Source: Octopus vulgaris (taxonomy: Eukaryota). From it: a DNA stretch of 64,000 nt. Below are positions 39,901-54,506 of the stretch, piece by piece (positions within the stretch are counted from its first letter, which is position 1; each line of letters starts with the position of its first letter). The DNA lies in assembly GCA_951406725.2 (NCBI GenBank), contig OX597826.1:19840001-19904000 (forward strand). The letters run 5' to 3'. Under the pieces are notes generated by a model. It worked only from the letters and a program-made list of their open reading frames with translations. It was not told the DNA's origin and made no database searches. The translations under genes and the position numbers were made by a program.

Positions 39901-39969
39901 TCAAAGTCATTACCTGCCAGCACGTAATGAAGGCCGAGTAAGTAGTGGAAATATGTGTGTACGTGTGTT

Positions 39970-40038
<69 letters not shown>

Positions 40039-40674
40039 ATGTATGTATGTATGTATGTATGTATGTATGTATGTATGTATATATATATATATATATATAA
40101 TATGTGTGTGTGTATATATGTATATTTTAATATATAAAACCCGGTCTGTTTGTCTGTGAGCTTATAACTCGAGTATTGTTCATCCTATCGCGCTGACATT
40201 TTAAGCATGGGTATATGAGAGCTCGGGGCGTTTCGTAATCTAAAAAGATTTTCAAAGCATTAGACGGAGTAACAAAATCGATAGAGAATCGGAATAATTC
40301 TTTGCATCCCCTCGTTTCCTGTTATCCTTTCCCGACGTCAAGGAAATAAATATACATTTGAGTACAAGAGTTAATTACGTCAATATACATTTTGCTCTAA
40401 ATAAGTGGTTTGTGACTATGTTACAAAATGCATTACATAAAAAAAGGTATCATCTCAATATTTTTAACGATGTTGCTCACCCTGTGTATGCTAGCACTAC
40501 ATAAGAAAATCACCCGCATATACACTCACACCCGCTTTTACATTTTGTCACGTACATAGACATAAGCACACCCACTTACTCATATAGATGCATTGCCATA
40601 TTAACAAAATATTTTCACGTTTTCTTTTGCTTATTGTCAATTACGACCCCGTTCCTTCGTTCTATATCTTTCAG

Positions 40675-40726
40675 GTTGTGTAAATATTTGTGCTAAAGAA
40701 CAGCTTGAATACTGGCCAACCTGTGG
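40675..40726 (+). CDS. Internal exon (phase 1 to 2): (R)CVNICAKEQLEYWPTC(G)
   Basis: ttctatatctttcAG acceptor, GTGAGT donor, 52 nt; in phase with both 36670 and 57301. Confidence 0.8.
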
Positions 40727-41315
40727 GTGAGTATTTCGGGGAATGTGTTATGATACAAATTAACGATCTGCTTTAAGTAATTCATTAACTACTGTATCAT
40801 CGCCCACTCTTCTGCTGCGTTTAACATTTCTATAGCTTCGTCAGAAGAGAAGAATTCATACCCATTAAATAAGAAGCTTCTCTCAGGCTGGTTAAATTTA
40901 TGTAGATAATATGCAGCTTTAATATTTCTAAAATAGGTTTCTAGCAAAAATGTAATGGAGTTCTTTTAAGGGAAAACCAGTTTGTCAGGTTTTGAGAGCA
41001 AGATCATTCACAGAATGGTCGATAGAACAAGTAGATTTATAGCAGCACGATTGACAAGTGTATTGAGTGGGTGACATTTTGTTAAAACCGGATTAACCAG
41101 TTAAAAGAAGCAACAAAGAAAGAGAAATCGAAAACGGTAAGTGAAAAAATAATAGGAGAAAATATTTCTTAAGCAGATAGAAAAAAAAGAAAAACAGACT
41201 TTAGCAGCAATACGAAATGAGTGAGAAAGAAAACAAGGCTTCTGTTCCTCAGACATTTTCTTTTACTACAGAGTACAAATAAAACCATCGCATTGAAGGA
41301 AGATTTTCTAAATAC

Positions 41316-41637
41316 TTGCAGCGTGGAAGGTGTTTATAAGCCATTTAAGAAACACACAAAAGCCGTTCGATTCACTTCAACATTTAAATTTAATTTGTTA
41401 AAATATTTTCGTCGCTTTGAGACCGTGACCTGTTCACTGACAAAGCTTCAGTGAACAGGTCGCGGTCTCTAAGCGACGAAAATATTTTAACAAATTAAAT
41501 TTAAATGTTGAAGTGAATCGAACGGCTTTTGTGTGTTTCTTAAATGGCTTATAAACACCTTCCACGCTGCAATTATTTTCGTTCCAGCACACGATCTCAG
41601 ATCAAGTCACTTGCTATGCAAGTACATCTCCGTAATT
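41316..41637. mobile_element. Second copy of the fold-back element
   Basis: Arms 41316-41440 and 41448-41572, tail to about 41637. Confidence 0.7.
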
Positions 41638-42549
41638 TCTAAATACTCATTTACTCTTTTACTTGTTTCAGTCATTTGACTGCAGCCATACTGGAGCACC
41701 GCCTTTAGTCGAGCAAATCGACCCCAGGACTTATTCTTTGTAAGCTTAGTACTTATTTTATCGGTTTCTTTTGCCGAACCACTAAGTTACGGGTGTGTAA
41801 ACACACCAGCATCGGTTGTTTCTGTGTAAGTTAGAGGTTGAGAAACCAACTAAGGGATAGAACCTATCCAATATACTGCTGGTAGTGTACCCAGTTATTC
41901 ATACCCAAGTGCTAGTTATTGCGCGGCAATCTCGCAGTTGAGTATTATATCTGGGCAGGGGGTAAAAAGTGGTTTACCCTTGACAGACATCAGCCGGTAA
42001 ACATTCCAGTATGTTTATTTATTCCAATGTATTGGATTGATACATGCACATGTATTAGTGGTACAGATTATCAAACGGAAAGAGTTAGTAATTTGTAAAT
42101 GCAAAAACAAGGGTGTGGAAGTATATAAGCATATAGGAACGACTGACCAATTGAGCAGATGAGCAAATAAACAGATTTTCTATAAAACCGAATGGGTGTA
42201 TAGGTGCTAGTTCCTTGCGGTCGTTTCTGCCAAGAGGCAACGAAATCTTCCAGGTAATCTCCACCTCTTCAATGTTATGTAGGGATGAGCAGATAAGGCT
42301 TGGATAATGAATGTGCCTCTAGGCTTCTTCAGAGAGTTTAAGTGGTTGGGGGGGGGGACTGACATATATATAAAAGTCAGTTAACAATAGCTACAGTGTG
42401 TTTGTCTTTTTGAAAATAGAGTAGAAAAAGAATAAGAGTAAGAATTAGAACAAGTACGAGGATACAAGTGAAGTACATCTTAATAAAGTGAACGCGTATT
42501 TCCGAGCTGATTTAATTTCTACCAACACTTCAAGTATGTAATTGCAGCT

Positions 42550-43195
42550 AATAACTCGGGCTCCTTTTCTTATTGAGACTGATCACAGCTCATATATTTT
42601 CGTTTAGCGTCTGGCAGTCGCCTTAGAGGTGCCCTGTGTCAAAAAATATCATTCGTAGCGGACGTTCTCTTGATATCGTCCACACGCGCCTGACTCGGGC
42701 TCAGAAGTAACAGCCCGAGTTGTTATCTATAACCGTAAAATTTTAAAGTAATTCAAATTCAATTTTTTTCTTGAAACAATAAATTTCTATACGGATTAGG
42801 ATTTAAATACCAATCTATGAAAAGTTTCCGTTCTATAATATTCTTACAGGAACGAAAAATTATCCAGTAACTCGGGCTAATACGAACAAGCCTGATAGGA
42901 GTAAAAAAAACTAAATAGCATCTCTTGTCGAGAGTACAGGCGACAGTCAGATCGCTGATGCTTGTTATGCACCCTGCTGTCGTTATTACTCTTATTCTGT
43001 GCGTCTGTGTGTAAAGCTCAGTTGTGTTTTGCAGGGCTGCTTTATTTTTACCCTTAACTTAGAAATGGAGAAATACATAGTCCTAGACTTAAAGGAATAA
43101 GCCATTTAGGGCCAGAAATATCACGGAAAAACGTAAAATTCTTCGAGCAGGTATGTGTCTTGTGCAAAATTTGTGATCAGCCCGAGTCACCTCTA
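42550..43195 (+). mobile_element. hAT 5' region with subterminal (A/G)ACTCGGGCT motifs and transposase start
   Basis: Motif occurs five times in both orientations; 42930-43150 is the reverse-complement homolog of 8955-9180. Confidence 0.6.
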
Positions 43196-43461
43196 ATATA
43201 TATATAATGTGTGTGTGTGTATTTGTGTGCTTGTGTTTGTTCCCCCACCATCGCTTGACAACCGATGTTGGTGTGTTTGCGTCCTCGTAACTTAACGGTT
43301 CGGCAAAAGATACGGATACAATAATCACTAGGCTTACAAAGAATAAGTCCTGGGGTCGATTTGCTCGACTAAGGCCTAGGATCGATTTGTTCGATTAAAA
43401 AGTGGTGCTCTAGCATGGCCGCAGTCAAAATGACTTAAGTAAAAAAAGAGATTGTATATGC

Positions 43462-43499
<38 letters not shown>

Positions 43500-43505
<6 letters not shown>

Positions 43506-43670
43506 TCGCTAAATCCAAAAGTTTTTTGTTCTCTGTTTATTTCCTCATATTCCTTTCTGTTGAAGAGCATAGGCTCAAAACGTAAAAGCCTTTCTCACAT
43601 TCCCGAGCGTCAAACTGATACACCTGTTTGTTGTTCCTACACATGTTTTCGTCTTTTATTTTTCTGTATA
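43500..43670 (+). mobile_element. Solo PLE terminal repeat between (TA)n tracts, with degenerate hammerhead-like motif at 43553-43588
   Basis: Reverse-complement homolog of 27300-27460; CTTT-CTGTTGA-A-GAGC ATAG GCTC-AAAA-CG-TA-AAAG. Confidence 0.7.
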
Positions 43671-43679
43671 TATATATAT

Positions 43680-45140
43680 ATAGGAAAGGAATTACAATCG
43701 TGTCTCGTGGTCTTCTACCACAACAGCTCCTTTATATGATCCAGTTAGCTCAAGACATCAGGAGGAACAACGTCCGGTTTCGGCCCCTACGCCTCTACCG
43801 TTTTGACGTGGTGGCCCCCTCTTTCAGAGGTGTCTTCAGTTCTGGTGTTGGGTGCATGTCTTCTTTCTTCTTCTTTCTTCTGTACCCTGGCCTCTTCGAT
43901 GTATCGTCAGCGAGTGTCAGCCGGTGACTAACTGACTTGTCAAATTTTATCCCTTTAAATTCCTGCCGTCAGGCTCCAGCAGGCAGCCCCAGCAAGTTGT
44001 CATGTGACACTGTCTCACCTTAACTGACTAGTGAAGGCGCGTAGTTTTAGCCCGCGCATTTTCTAAAGGACCGTCACCTGTCAGTCAGCGAAGCTGATTC
44101 AGTGTCGGCTTGTCTCACCTAATGATGTTATTTCCCGCCGGCATGTTATGACTTTCAAACCATTTTTGGTCTTCCCGCTTCAGCCATATATAGAAGCTGG
44201 CTTTTGTGACCACCTCCTGTACTCTCCTTATTAGTTTTCGCAGCTCGGAGCTAGAAAAAGCAAATCTTCTTTTGAAAAGCGTTGTCATTTTCCTTTCAAT
44301 GAAGCTTCTAGCCCCCACTGCCAGATGATAATATTCGACATTCCATCCCTGTTCTCTGCATTCTTCGATTAGCATTGCCGATGTTCTCTTCCCAAGGTAC
44401 AGTCAGTTCTAGTAAAATTCCTATTCTCCGGTCTCTGTTCCATACGACTAAATCCGGTATTTTTGTTGTTTTTATTAGTGGAAATATTACTTGTCTTTCC
44501 AAGTCCGTGGCCACCTTCCAGTATCCCTTCCATCTTTCGTCTATCTCGTATACTTTACTTGTAGGCCTGGTTTTATATCCTTTCCCCTCCTTGTGGAAGT
44601 ATACTTTCCTGCGCTTTTCTACTTTTGGGTACTCTCCCTTATTGTACCTCTCGATCTTATCCTTGAGTGCTGCGCTTATAACGCCGAGAACTTGTTTATG
44701 CCGCCATGTATATCTTTCTAGTGCTAGTCTGCATCTTGACAGAACATGTCTAACCGTCGCTTTCTCTCCGCATCTACACTCATCGGTTGTTTTTATGTTC
44801 CACCGGACTAAGTTCGCCGGTGAGGGTAGAAAGTCGAAGGTAGACTTGATAAGGAAGAATGTTCTTACTTGTTCCCAAGCCGGAAGTTCCTTCCATGATA
44901 TTCTGCGGTTGATCACATATTCCTCCCATCTCAGGCACTGTCCCTGCTGACTGCATTGCACCAAATGTACATTTCGCCTTCCTTCTTCCTCCTTTCTCAC
45001 TTCGTATACCACTGCCTCTTTCATCTCTTTTACACTGCTCTTGCAGAATGGCCTGAAATTATATATCGTTTTGGGGTTTGGTTTGCAAAATTCTTTAGGT
45101 GTGTTGAAGCATATTCTGTTGTGTCTGGGGAGAATCATTC
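43680..45140 (-). mobile_element. HERO-like RLE non-LTR retrotransposon, 5'-truncated
   Basis: CRCGEKATVRHVLSRC knuckle, RYTWRHKQVL, PDLVVW...LLELTVPWEEN restriction-like endonuclease. Confidence 0.88.
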
Positions 45141-45222
45141 TCTTTTGGTGCCTTATAATTTAACATACTCACCGGTAAAATTTTCACTTATTTCATTTTT
45201 ATTTATTTTTCTAAAATTTTCG

Positions 45223-45383
45223 TAGGCGTAGGAGTGGCTATGTGGTAAGTAATTTGCTTACGAACCACACGGTTCCGAATTCAATCCCACTGCGTGGTAT
45301 CTTGGGCAAGTGTCTTCTACTATAACCTCGGGCCGACCAAGGCCTTGTGAGTGGATTTGGTAAACGGAAACTGAAAGAAGCCC

Positions 45384-45428
<45 letters not shown>

Positions 45429-45663
45429 GAGATGTGTGTGTATATGTTTGTGTGTCTGTATTTGTCCCCCAACATCGCTTGACAACTGATGATAGCGTAT
45501 TTACGTCCCCGTAACTTACTGGTTCGGCAAAAGACACCGAAAAAATAAGTACTAGGCTTACAAAGAATAAGTCCTGGAAACAATTTGCTCGACCAAAGGC
45601 GGTGCTCCGTCATGGCCACAGTCAAATGAGTGAAACAAGTAAAAGAGTTAAAGAGTAAAAGAG
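45223..45663 (+). mobile_element. Full-length tRNA-derived SINE (family B) with internal (TA)n
   Basis: GGAGTGGCTATGTGGTAAG A-box, GGTTCCGAATTCAATCCC B-box, (TAAAAGAG)n tail. Partial copies near 18340, 33210, 41650, 43215, 50790 and 58920. Confidence 0.9.
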
Positions 45664-46259
45664 TTGTGTATTTCAACCTTTTCAATAGTTTTGACTCTGT
45701 CCGTTACTCACTGCGTTCCTTTTTGTTTGTTTGTGTGCATGTGTGTGGATCGGTGTATGTGTGTGCCTATACATGCATGCATGTATGTATGTATGTATGT
45801 ATGTATGTATGTATGTATGTATGTATGTGTGTGTGTATGCATGTATGCGTGCATATGCATATATTTATGTGTGTCCATTTGAATGTATGTATTCTGCATA
45901 TTTATATTTGCATGTCCGTGTTTGTGTGTTTTATGTTTGTGTGTTTGTGTATATGTGTGTGTTTGTGTATGTGTGTGTGTTATTATATGTGTGTGTGTAC
46001 CTCTGTCTCCTTGTGTGTGCATGTCTGAGTGTGTGCTTGATTTGCAACTATGTACTGTGTTTGTATGTATGGATGTGCATCTCCATATGTGTGGACGTGT
46101 GTCTCCATATGTGTTTCTGTGTGAATTAAAGTGTGTGTATATATATGGTCATTTGTTTCAGTCTTCATTTGCGTATGCGTGTTTGTTCATATAACCTATG
46201 TACCTATCCGTCTGTATGTTGATCTGTTTATTTTCATATCCATATGCTTACATACATGC

Positions 46260-46309
<50 letters not shown>

Positions 46310-46316
<7 letters not shown>

Positions 46317-47020
46317 GGAAGTAAATCCAAACTTACCGGGAAAAATTAGATTTAGGATTAAATCAAATTTCACAGTATAAATATAAATTAAATTAGAGAT
46401 AAAACCACTATTAGGCAAATCAAACAGTGAAAAACATAAACCTAAATATGAAAATAAATATAATTAATATAATATACAAAATATATAAAATATAAAATTT
46501 AAAATTAAATTATTTAAATTAAAAATTTTTAATTTATATTTATAAATTTTTATATTTTTTAAATTTTAAATTTATAAATTTTTAAACTTTTAATTTTTTA
46601 ATATCTATATTTATTTATTTTTTCCTTTTATATAACTATCAAAAAGGTATTAAAAAGTTTAATATAATATAATAAGTAAAGCCACTTACGTACGTTTCAT
46701 GGCCATAACCCAATTCGAATTACAATAATTTAAATTCAATTAAAAATTCGAATTATAATTTTAGTCAATCTTCAGGTTAAAGATAATATTTAAATAAATA
46801 AGCAAATATATTTAAATAATATTTTTTAAGAAATAAATAAAATAATTTTTCTTATAAAAAACTCTATTATCAAATTAGAAACTTTAACGATTAGGATTAT
46901 GTCATACAATCCAGTTATAATGTTAAATATTAATTTTTAATGTAACGATAGATAGAAAATGTATTTATCTATTCAGATATAATATGGCTATAAAAACCTA
47001 ATAAACTCACGAATAACCTA
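46310..47020 (-). mobile_element. Very AT-rich PLE terminal repeat with degenerate long-stem-II hammerhead at 46682-46780
   Basis: CTGAAGA...GAAA-CGTACG-TA; terminal region homologous to 62965-63075; abuts (TA)n. Confidence 0.6.
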
Positions 47021-47029
47021 ATCTCAGAT

Positions 47030-48700
47030 ATAGTCCATATCTGTTTTTATCATGGGACAAGTCCAGGCTTTTGCAAATTACCCAGTGAATATATTGTGCA
47101 GCTCTATCATGCCTGTTGAGATACTCTGTAGGCGCAAGAAGACTGCACTTGGAGACAACATGATCAATGGTTTCATTTTGTTGTTGACATACACGAGATG
47201 TTGGGCTACTGCCGTTCTTTAATATGTCGGCCTGGCAGTTCCTTGTAGGTAGGTATTGATCTTGAGCTGCTATGATAAACCCTTCTGTTTCAGATTTTAA
47301 GCCAGAGGCCATTAGCCCTTCAATTACCCCTAGGTACTTGTAGCTCTCCGCTGGGTTTAACTCTTTTATGACATTCTGCTGGTCAAGGTTAACGTTAGAT
47401 GTTTCTGTCATTTTTCCTTTGATAAAGGTAGCTTTTGCACATTTATCGAGGCCAAATTGCATTCTGATGTCATCACTGAATTGTTTAACAATCGCTAGTA
47501 AGCCCTTGAGTTGTTGGTTACTTTTTGCAAAGAGCTTTAAATCATCCATGTAAATGAGATGATTTATATTTTATCAAACATTTTATATCCGTCATTGAGC
47601 AATTTTGAGAGAGGTATTAAGGCTAAACAAAAGAGGAGTGTTGGAAAATGCCACATGAAATTTTTACATCGCCAGCATTTAGAGATTCATTGTCGCTGTT
47701 CAAAGTTAGTATGGTTCTCCATGATCGCATACTTACAGACAAAAAGATCCGCAGAGTAGGCGCTATTTTATACATTTCCAGGTATTTCTTAATCCAGCTA
47801 TGTGGTATGCTATCAAAAGCTTTTTTGTAGTCTGTCCAGGCTATTAACAAGTTTTTGTGTCGTTTGTGACAATCTTCTAAGATCATCTTATTGATGAGTA
47901 GCTGATCTTTACAACCATAGGATCCACGTTTACATCTTTTTGTTCATTAGGAAATATGCTGCTGTCTATTAAAAAACTATAGGTACATTCGGTCAGAACA
48001 GATGTTAGCGTTTTTTACATAGTTGTTAAGCAGGTTATAGGTATAGCAGGTTATAATTATTTCTTCTGTATCATCTTCTTTAGCTGCAGCTTCGATCCTT
48101 TTATCCGTTACTGCTTGTTTAATTTTGTCAGTCTCTACTTCAGTCAGTAATTTTTTCTATAATGTTTCTTCTGACGTTGGCAAGTTTGTTACTGTCTATG
48201 TAGGGTCTTACTTCAGGATGTTTCTGTCTCCGGTTTAAGTAGGTTTGTACAGTATTAGATTAATCTGTGGAGAAATATATGGCATGGTAGAAGGCCGTAA
48301 GAACTTCTTTATTATCTTCCCTAGACCATTTTTCATTCTTTTTCTTTTGATTATTTGTTGACGAGCATGGATGGCCATCTGTTGGAATATTCCGGTTGTG
48401 GGGTACGTCCAGCTCCTGTGTGTCGGGAAGATTTGAACCAGTAGCTGATTTTTCAATCAGAATTTGGTTCAATATTCGGGTTTGTGGTCTTTTGTAAACC
48501 GATCGATGACCATTGTGGTTTGTAATTTGTTTTGTTAACAGTGAGGCATGACGAGCTTCGACGCTTACATTAGGAGACGGATCTATCAGTTTAGGGTCAA
48601 TTTTTTGCGACAACACCGTCTCCGTGTTCTCTGCATGTAAACATTGTTCGTGACGTAGCTTCCTAAGGCTAGCAGATCTGTATTCGTCTGTATTTTTTTT
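47030..48700 (-). mobile_element. Decayed R4/Dong-like retrotransposon with RT core
   Basis: [52 protein letters not shown]. Confidence 0.92.
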
Positions 48701-49275
48701 TTGTTGATAGATTTATCTAAGAACATAATTTTTTGTGGTGTTTTTTAAACTTATGAATAGTTCACTCTGTTTGTGTTAGTTCGAAAAAATGAAAATAAAA
48801 TAAGAAAGAAAAGGAAGTTTTGATTTTGTTTTTGCTTGATTTGTGACACGTGCTTTCATGTGCGTGAGTGTGTGTCCTGTAAATTTCACGTAGTTGTGTA
48901 AAACTTTGGGATGTATGTGTAGTCCTATGGGTATCAAAATGTATATATGATTGTGCAGACATTCCAGTGTATGCGTAATTACTCAATTTATGCACTCGCT
49001 ATTTTGATCTGTTTATATTTTATAATTTGTAAACTTTCCGATGTTGATAACGCGTGTGTTTCGCACATGTTTCATTGAGACACCGTGCATAGGAGAAACT
49101 GTGCTTTGTATGGCAGTAAAATTTCGTTTTTTCTTAGTATTTTCGTTAAAAGGCCGCTTCCTTCAAGTCTTCTTCAGGTTCCTTTATCTAATTCCATCGA
49201 TGTTGTTGGATTAGATTGTTTTTGAATAGAGAGCCCGGTTTAGTACATCCATGTTGTTATTCAGTGCGGGCTCTC

Positions 49276-49334
<59 letters not shown>

Positions 49335-50289
49335 ATCATCATCATTATTATTATTATTGAGTGAGTGAGCTGTGCTTGACATCAAAGTTACACTAGGGTA
49401 GAAATATACGAAGCCCAATATACTACCTATCTGGGAACACCAGGCACATGCATCACAGCCGTATGTGCGTGACATGGTGATCTCATATCAAGATAACACC
49501 GCATGACCTTGCAGGTGGGGCCCAGTTAGAATTTTCTTCAGGTCAAGTCGCCCATCCCGATCAAAAGGTCCCTGAATAAAGATTGTTTAAGGATATTGAA
49601 CGAAACAAGCAAATCTGTGGTATTGAGCAGAATATTCAGCAACAGTACTTGTAGTAAAGATTGTTTGCCATCATAGCATGGCAGTCCTGGTTTAAGACGA
49701 ATGCTGCTGTAATTTAGCCCAGGAGACATCGTCTCCAGCTGGCTATACGACAAGATCTGTGCCCTTATATTTTCGAACAAGGAAATCTAGCACCCCCACC
49801 TTCTCAAAAATAGTTATTTTCTAATTTATAGATCATTAACTAGTTGTCACTGTGAAAACTATATATTTCGAACAAAAATTTGGCAGCGCCACCTCTTGTT
49901 GAACAATTATTCTATTATGATGAATAGAAATAACCCGGAAATCGCGATACAGGGATATTGTTTTGAGCTGGGTGGGGGTGCTAGATTCCCTTGTTCGAAA
50001 ATATAAGGGCACAAATCGTGTCGTATAGCCAGCTGGAGACGATGTCTCCTGGGGCTAAATTACAGCAACATTCGTCCTAAACCAGGACTGCCATGTTATG
50101 TTGGCAAACAATCTTTACTACAGAATATTTACAGTAGCTCATCTTTTACACCAAGACAAAACATGTACATGATAACTCTTCCAATCATTAAAGATCAGAA
50201 GCCATGAGAATCAGTGCCTGGTACTGCATCAGGGCATTTATTATCATTATCATCATTATTATTATTATTATTGTTGTTGTTGTTGCTGT

Positions 50290-50745
50290 TGTTGTTTTTG
50301 TCAGTCACAGACAATTTATTTTTACTCTTGCTGATTTTCAAGCAAGAAAAACTTTGTTTACAAATATATGTGAATCCAAAAATAGAAAACATTTTCCCAA
50401 TAACTCTTTTCACACATGCATATTTGTCAGTAGATAGAGATTTGTGAAATTCTATCAATGTCACAGAATTAAACATTTCTTTCAGCGTGTGATCTGACTG
50501 CACGTCAATTAGTTCAAGCTTCAGCTCCTCAGGCGCTGTATCAGTATCAACTGCAAAAGGATAAGGTAGCAAATTGAAATCAGGCTAAATTTTCTTAAAA
50601 TCCTGAAATCTTCTGGTGACCTCATCCTCCAAACTCAGCAAATGATCCCTAATCTTGGAAGAAACACTTGCAGGCACTTTCTGTTTTCTTAATAAAGGGA
50701 AATGACAAACTTGCCCTCACCTGCTTGCCTTGCAAATAGAGTTAC
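50290..50745 (-). pseudogene. hAT (Charlie/SPIN, GTF2IRD2-like) transposase C-terminal remnant
   Basis: ELKLELIDVQSD...MFSIFGFTYICKQSFSCLK. Confidence 0.8.
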
Positions 50746-50925
50746 AACTGCGAATATTACTACTTAAAAGTTTCTACAAAGACACACACATATATACGAC
50801 GGACTTGTTTCAGTTTTCGTCTACCAAATTCACTCGCAAAACTCTGGTCGGCCCGAGGCGATGGTAGAAGACAGTTGCCCAGTGAAACTGAAGTCGAAAC
50901 CACGTGGTTAGGCAACAAGCTTCTT

Positions 50926-52229
50926 TATTTCATTAAATTTCCCATATAGGCCTTATACAGAGAAGCTTCTGGGCTGGACATGGACAAGATGAGATTAAAT
51001 GAAACAAAATGATGCGGATGTGAGGGATGTCGGCGCCCACCGACCGACAAACCCTCGAATACAAAGTTTCTTACAACAATTCTCTTTGTCAGGGCCCCCA
51101 AGCAAATCATATCTCCCATGGCCACCGGGGTCCACAGGGTCAAAGTTGCCTTTGACCCCTCCCAGTCGACCACGGAAAAATCTTCACACTCAATAGCCTG
51201 CACCCGCTATCCCTCAGGCCTTGCCGGATGGTATTCTCGATCCATCCCGCCTTCGTGCCCAGGGGCAGCCCGCACACCCAAGCTCTTCTTATCTTCCTCC
51301 AACAATAAGTGGGGAGGAACAAAATTTCTTCTCCCTCAAGGGGCTCGCTGGCAAATCTGCCAGCTTCATCGGGGGGTACCAAACAGCAACCAGGCCGTTG
51401 CAAATTTGGTCCCCCGTGAAACAAATTTTATAGTTGGCAGGTAGTCTGCCAACTCTCTCTCTATTACGCTCTTGACGAAGATGGCGATGGCACCACACGA
51501 CCGTAGTACCACCGTCCTCTTCTCAAGATCTTTAATCCACTGTTTGGGTGGGACCACCTCCCACTCCAAAGCAGCGGCACCGTTTGTTTTTGCCATGTGC
51601 AAAAAAGAAAGTCTTAAAAGTTCCAAAAAAAGTTCAAAGTTCAAAGAGAATGTAAAAAGGTACTCAAAAAGTTTTTAAAAAAACAAGAAAAAACCAAGAA
51701 AGTCTAAAAATTAATTAATAGTACAAAAGGAAAGAAAAAATCAGGAAGGATAAACGGAAAATAGAAAAACAGTTCACACGGCAAAAACCCAATCTCCTGG
51801 CCAACAGGTAATCCCGGTCTAATGTGGATAGGTTCCTTGGCATAAATCTTTTTGTTGTCCGGTAATTGGTAAATTAATCCAAAAATTCAAACACAATGCT
51901 GGCTACAGCCAACGGTAACTGCAACAGCAACAGGTTCTATTCTGGCGAGGATACGCCCTACCACTTTTTCTTTATAAAATGAATTCAATAAATTCTCAAT
52001 ATACAAAAACATCAGCAGCCAAGAGCAGGCGAAATTGTTCCAGAGCTGGGCACAATTTACTGAAAAAATAATTCGCACGCAATAAATTTTGCCCAGCTCA
52101 CAACAAACAAAATCACATACCTCGACAACCTTCTCTGTTTTTGTTCTTTTTTCTTTTTAGGACGGAGCTCAGAGCTCACGTCCTCACCGTTCAGTGTCAA
52201 GAAGTCAACTCCACGTCCGGAACCGGAAG
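50926..52229 (-). mobile_element. Short Tx1/L1-related element with ORF1 remnant only, inserted in a family B SINE
   Basis: CAAGCTTCTT duplicated at 50916-50925 and 52230-52239; KDLEKRTVVLR...PTYCWRKIRRAWVCGLP resembles the 5490-6735 ORF1. Confidence 0.6.
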
Positions 52230-54196
52230 CAAGCTTCTTACCACACAGCTACGCCTGTATATGCGCGCGCACACACACACACACAAACACACATACACAC
52301 ACACACACACATACACACACATACACGCGCACACACTCATACACACGTGTATTACTTTATCTTTTCCTCCCAGAGGCTGTAGTCACGCATTGAGAGTCAC
52401 CATTGGATTGATTTTTTTGTCATTTACACGACTCTCATTTGTTTTGTTTTGTTGTTTTGATATAATGCGGGTTCGTATGCTACCTCAGATAAAAATTTGT
52501 CGTTTTTAATGAATCCATATCTAAGCCCTATATTGAAAAGCTGTTTCACCTTAACATTTAAGATATTATAGTAATGGATCTTTACTATATACGGAGAGGT
52601 TGGGACCTTTGTTACTATGTAGTGATGTTCAGTCTGGGGTATGAGGTATTATCCCAAACTTAGGTGCTAAAACCTCCTGGATTTTCCATATATACATTCT
52701 GCATATCTATTTATTGTTTGTTCTAGGGAGTCTCAACTGGCCTCACCCAGTTGCACCGAGGCAATTTTCTTTTCGTATAATAGCGCTAGTTTGCATTAAG
52801 CTCTGCCGTTAGTTTCTTGCTAAGGGGCGACCAGAATTAGGAACAGTAATCCAGATGACTGAGAACAAATGCATTCTACAGAACCAACATGGTTTCCTTT
52901 ATCTTGCCCTGAATGATCTTAGAATCCAACCAGCCACTCGTCGTCACAATGTTATCAATATTCGCATGAGATGAGACTTCACTAACGCAATAATAAATCT
53001 CTTTACGTTGTCGATCGGTTACTGTTTACATCTCGTTCAGAGATTTATTATTGCTTTCAGACAGTTTTTCGAAATCAGTGACAGTGGTTACTGGGAAAAA
53101 CATTAAATAGATATTCGCAAACAGGTCTCTCCTCATCGAAAACCGGTGATTACCGTATGTTGACAAGGGGCAAAAACCTCGAAACCGCAGTCCGTGCGTA
53201 TCACTTAGGTTTACGAGAGGGGATGACCTCCCTTTGCAGATATCATAAGGGCACAGAAAGTGTGCCTAAAGCCAGCTGGTGACGATGATCTCCTGGGGCT
53301 AAAAGCTACAGTAACACCCACCCTTAGTGGTTAGCCATATTGAGATGGCTAGTATACTTTACGTTTTATTGTAATTATTCTTTCTCAATTTTATCTCTTA
53401 TTCTTCTCTCCCCATCTTTTCACTAACATTCGTTCCCTTGTTCATGCCTTCCTTCCATGTAATAGCGTCTCACACCAACAGCATTTCTCTTGCCTTCATT
53501 TTCACCTCTCTCTCGTCCCCGATCCACCTCTTTATTTCTATGGTCCGCCCCCATACATAATAAGATAACATACCAACACCTCAAAGCCTTACTAACCTAC
53601 GCCACTAAACCTCCACTTTTGTACACCTATGCACACAGAAATCCCTCAATTCACACACATTACTCCGTTTACCCATTTCAAAACAACACAAGTACACTCC
53701 TATACCTCCACACACACTCGCCTCTTTCTCTCTTTTAACCTTCAAACCACAGATCCACATTTCCGCGCGGCTCCTACCCACTCATCCGTTTAACCTCTTT
53801 TTTCTTCCTTTTCTTCTTAATCACATTTCTACCCCCCCCCCAACACACACTTTTCTTTTGATGGATAACTAACGTACGAAATGATACGTAACTTTCCCTT
53901 CCTTCTTTTCAATGTCAAATAATAGTTGTTAAAACACTCTTTCCTGTGTTTCAATTCTTTTCATTTTATCTTTCTTCAATACATTTAAGATATTCATACA
54001 TTCTTTTTCTAGCAATGGCTCTGACTAAGGCGTCAATTACTTTCTTAGGTCCTACAATTTACCTCCACTGATCAATAGACCAATTCAGTAAACCTATATA
54101 CAATGACTACTGAAGACTGGTTTCTTATAATAAAGGAATTACGTGTAATAACCCTTATTTTAACTTGTCTCTTTCATATATCTATCTATCTATCTA

Positions 54197-54289
<93 letters not shown>

Positions 54290-54506
54290 TTAATAAGGGT
54301 GAGAGAATTAGATACTAATTTAATAGTATATCTATTCTACACCAAGTGGCCTAGTGCTCCGAGAAACCTGGATTATTATAATATTTTATAATATATTATA
54401 ATATTTTTACAAAATAAATATAAGAGAGTGGTCACTATATGGCTCACCTTTTGGATTAACTGGTGCTAGAGTGAGCCATATAGTGACCACTCTCTTATAT
54501 TTATTT

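Noticed and set aside
42212-42256. Minus-strand hammerhead-like CTGGAAGA...GAAACGACCGCA
   Set aside because: Multiple core mismatches; cannot be distinguished from chance.
45223-45300. tRNA gene
   Set aside because: The A/B boxes belong to a SINE head; no complete cloverleaf and the SINE body follows.
46420-46680. Organellar insertion (NUMT) because of extreme AT content
   Set aside because: No mitochondrial gene motifs; the flanks match the PLE terminus at 62965-63315.
50026-50065. HDV-like ribozyme (GCCAGCT-GG...GGCTAA)
   Set aside because: No P1 5' strand or P3/L3 found upstream.
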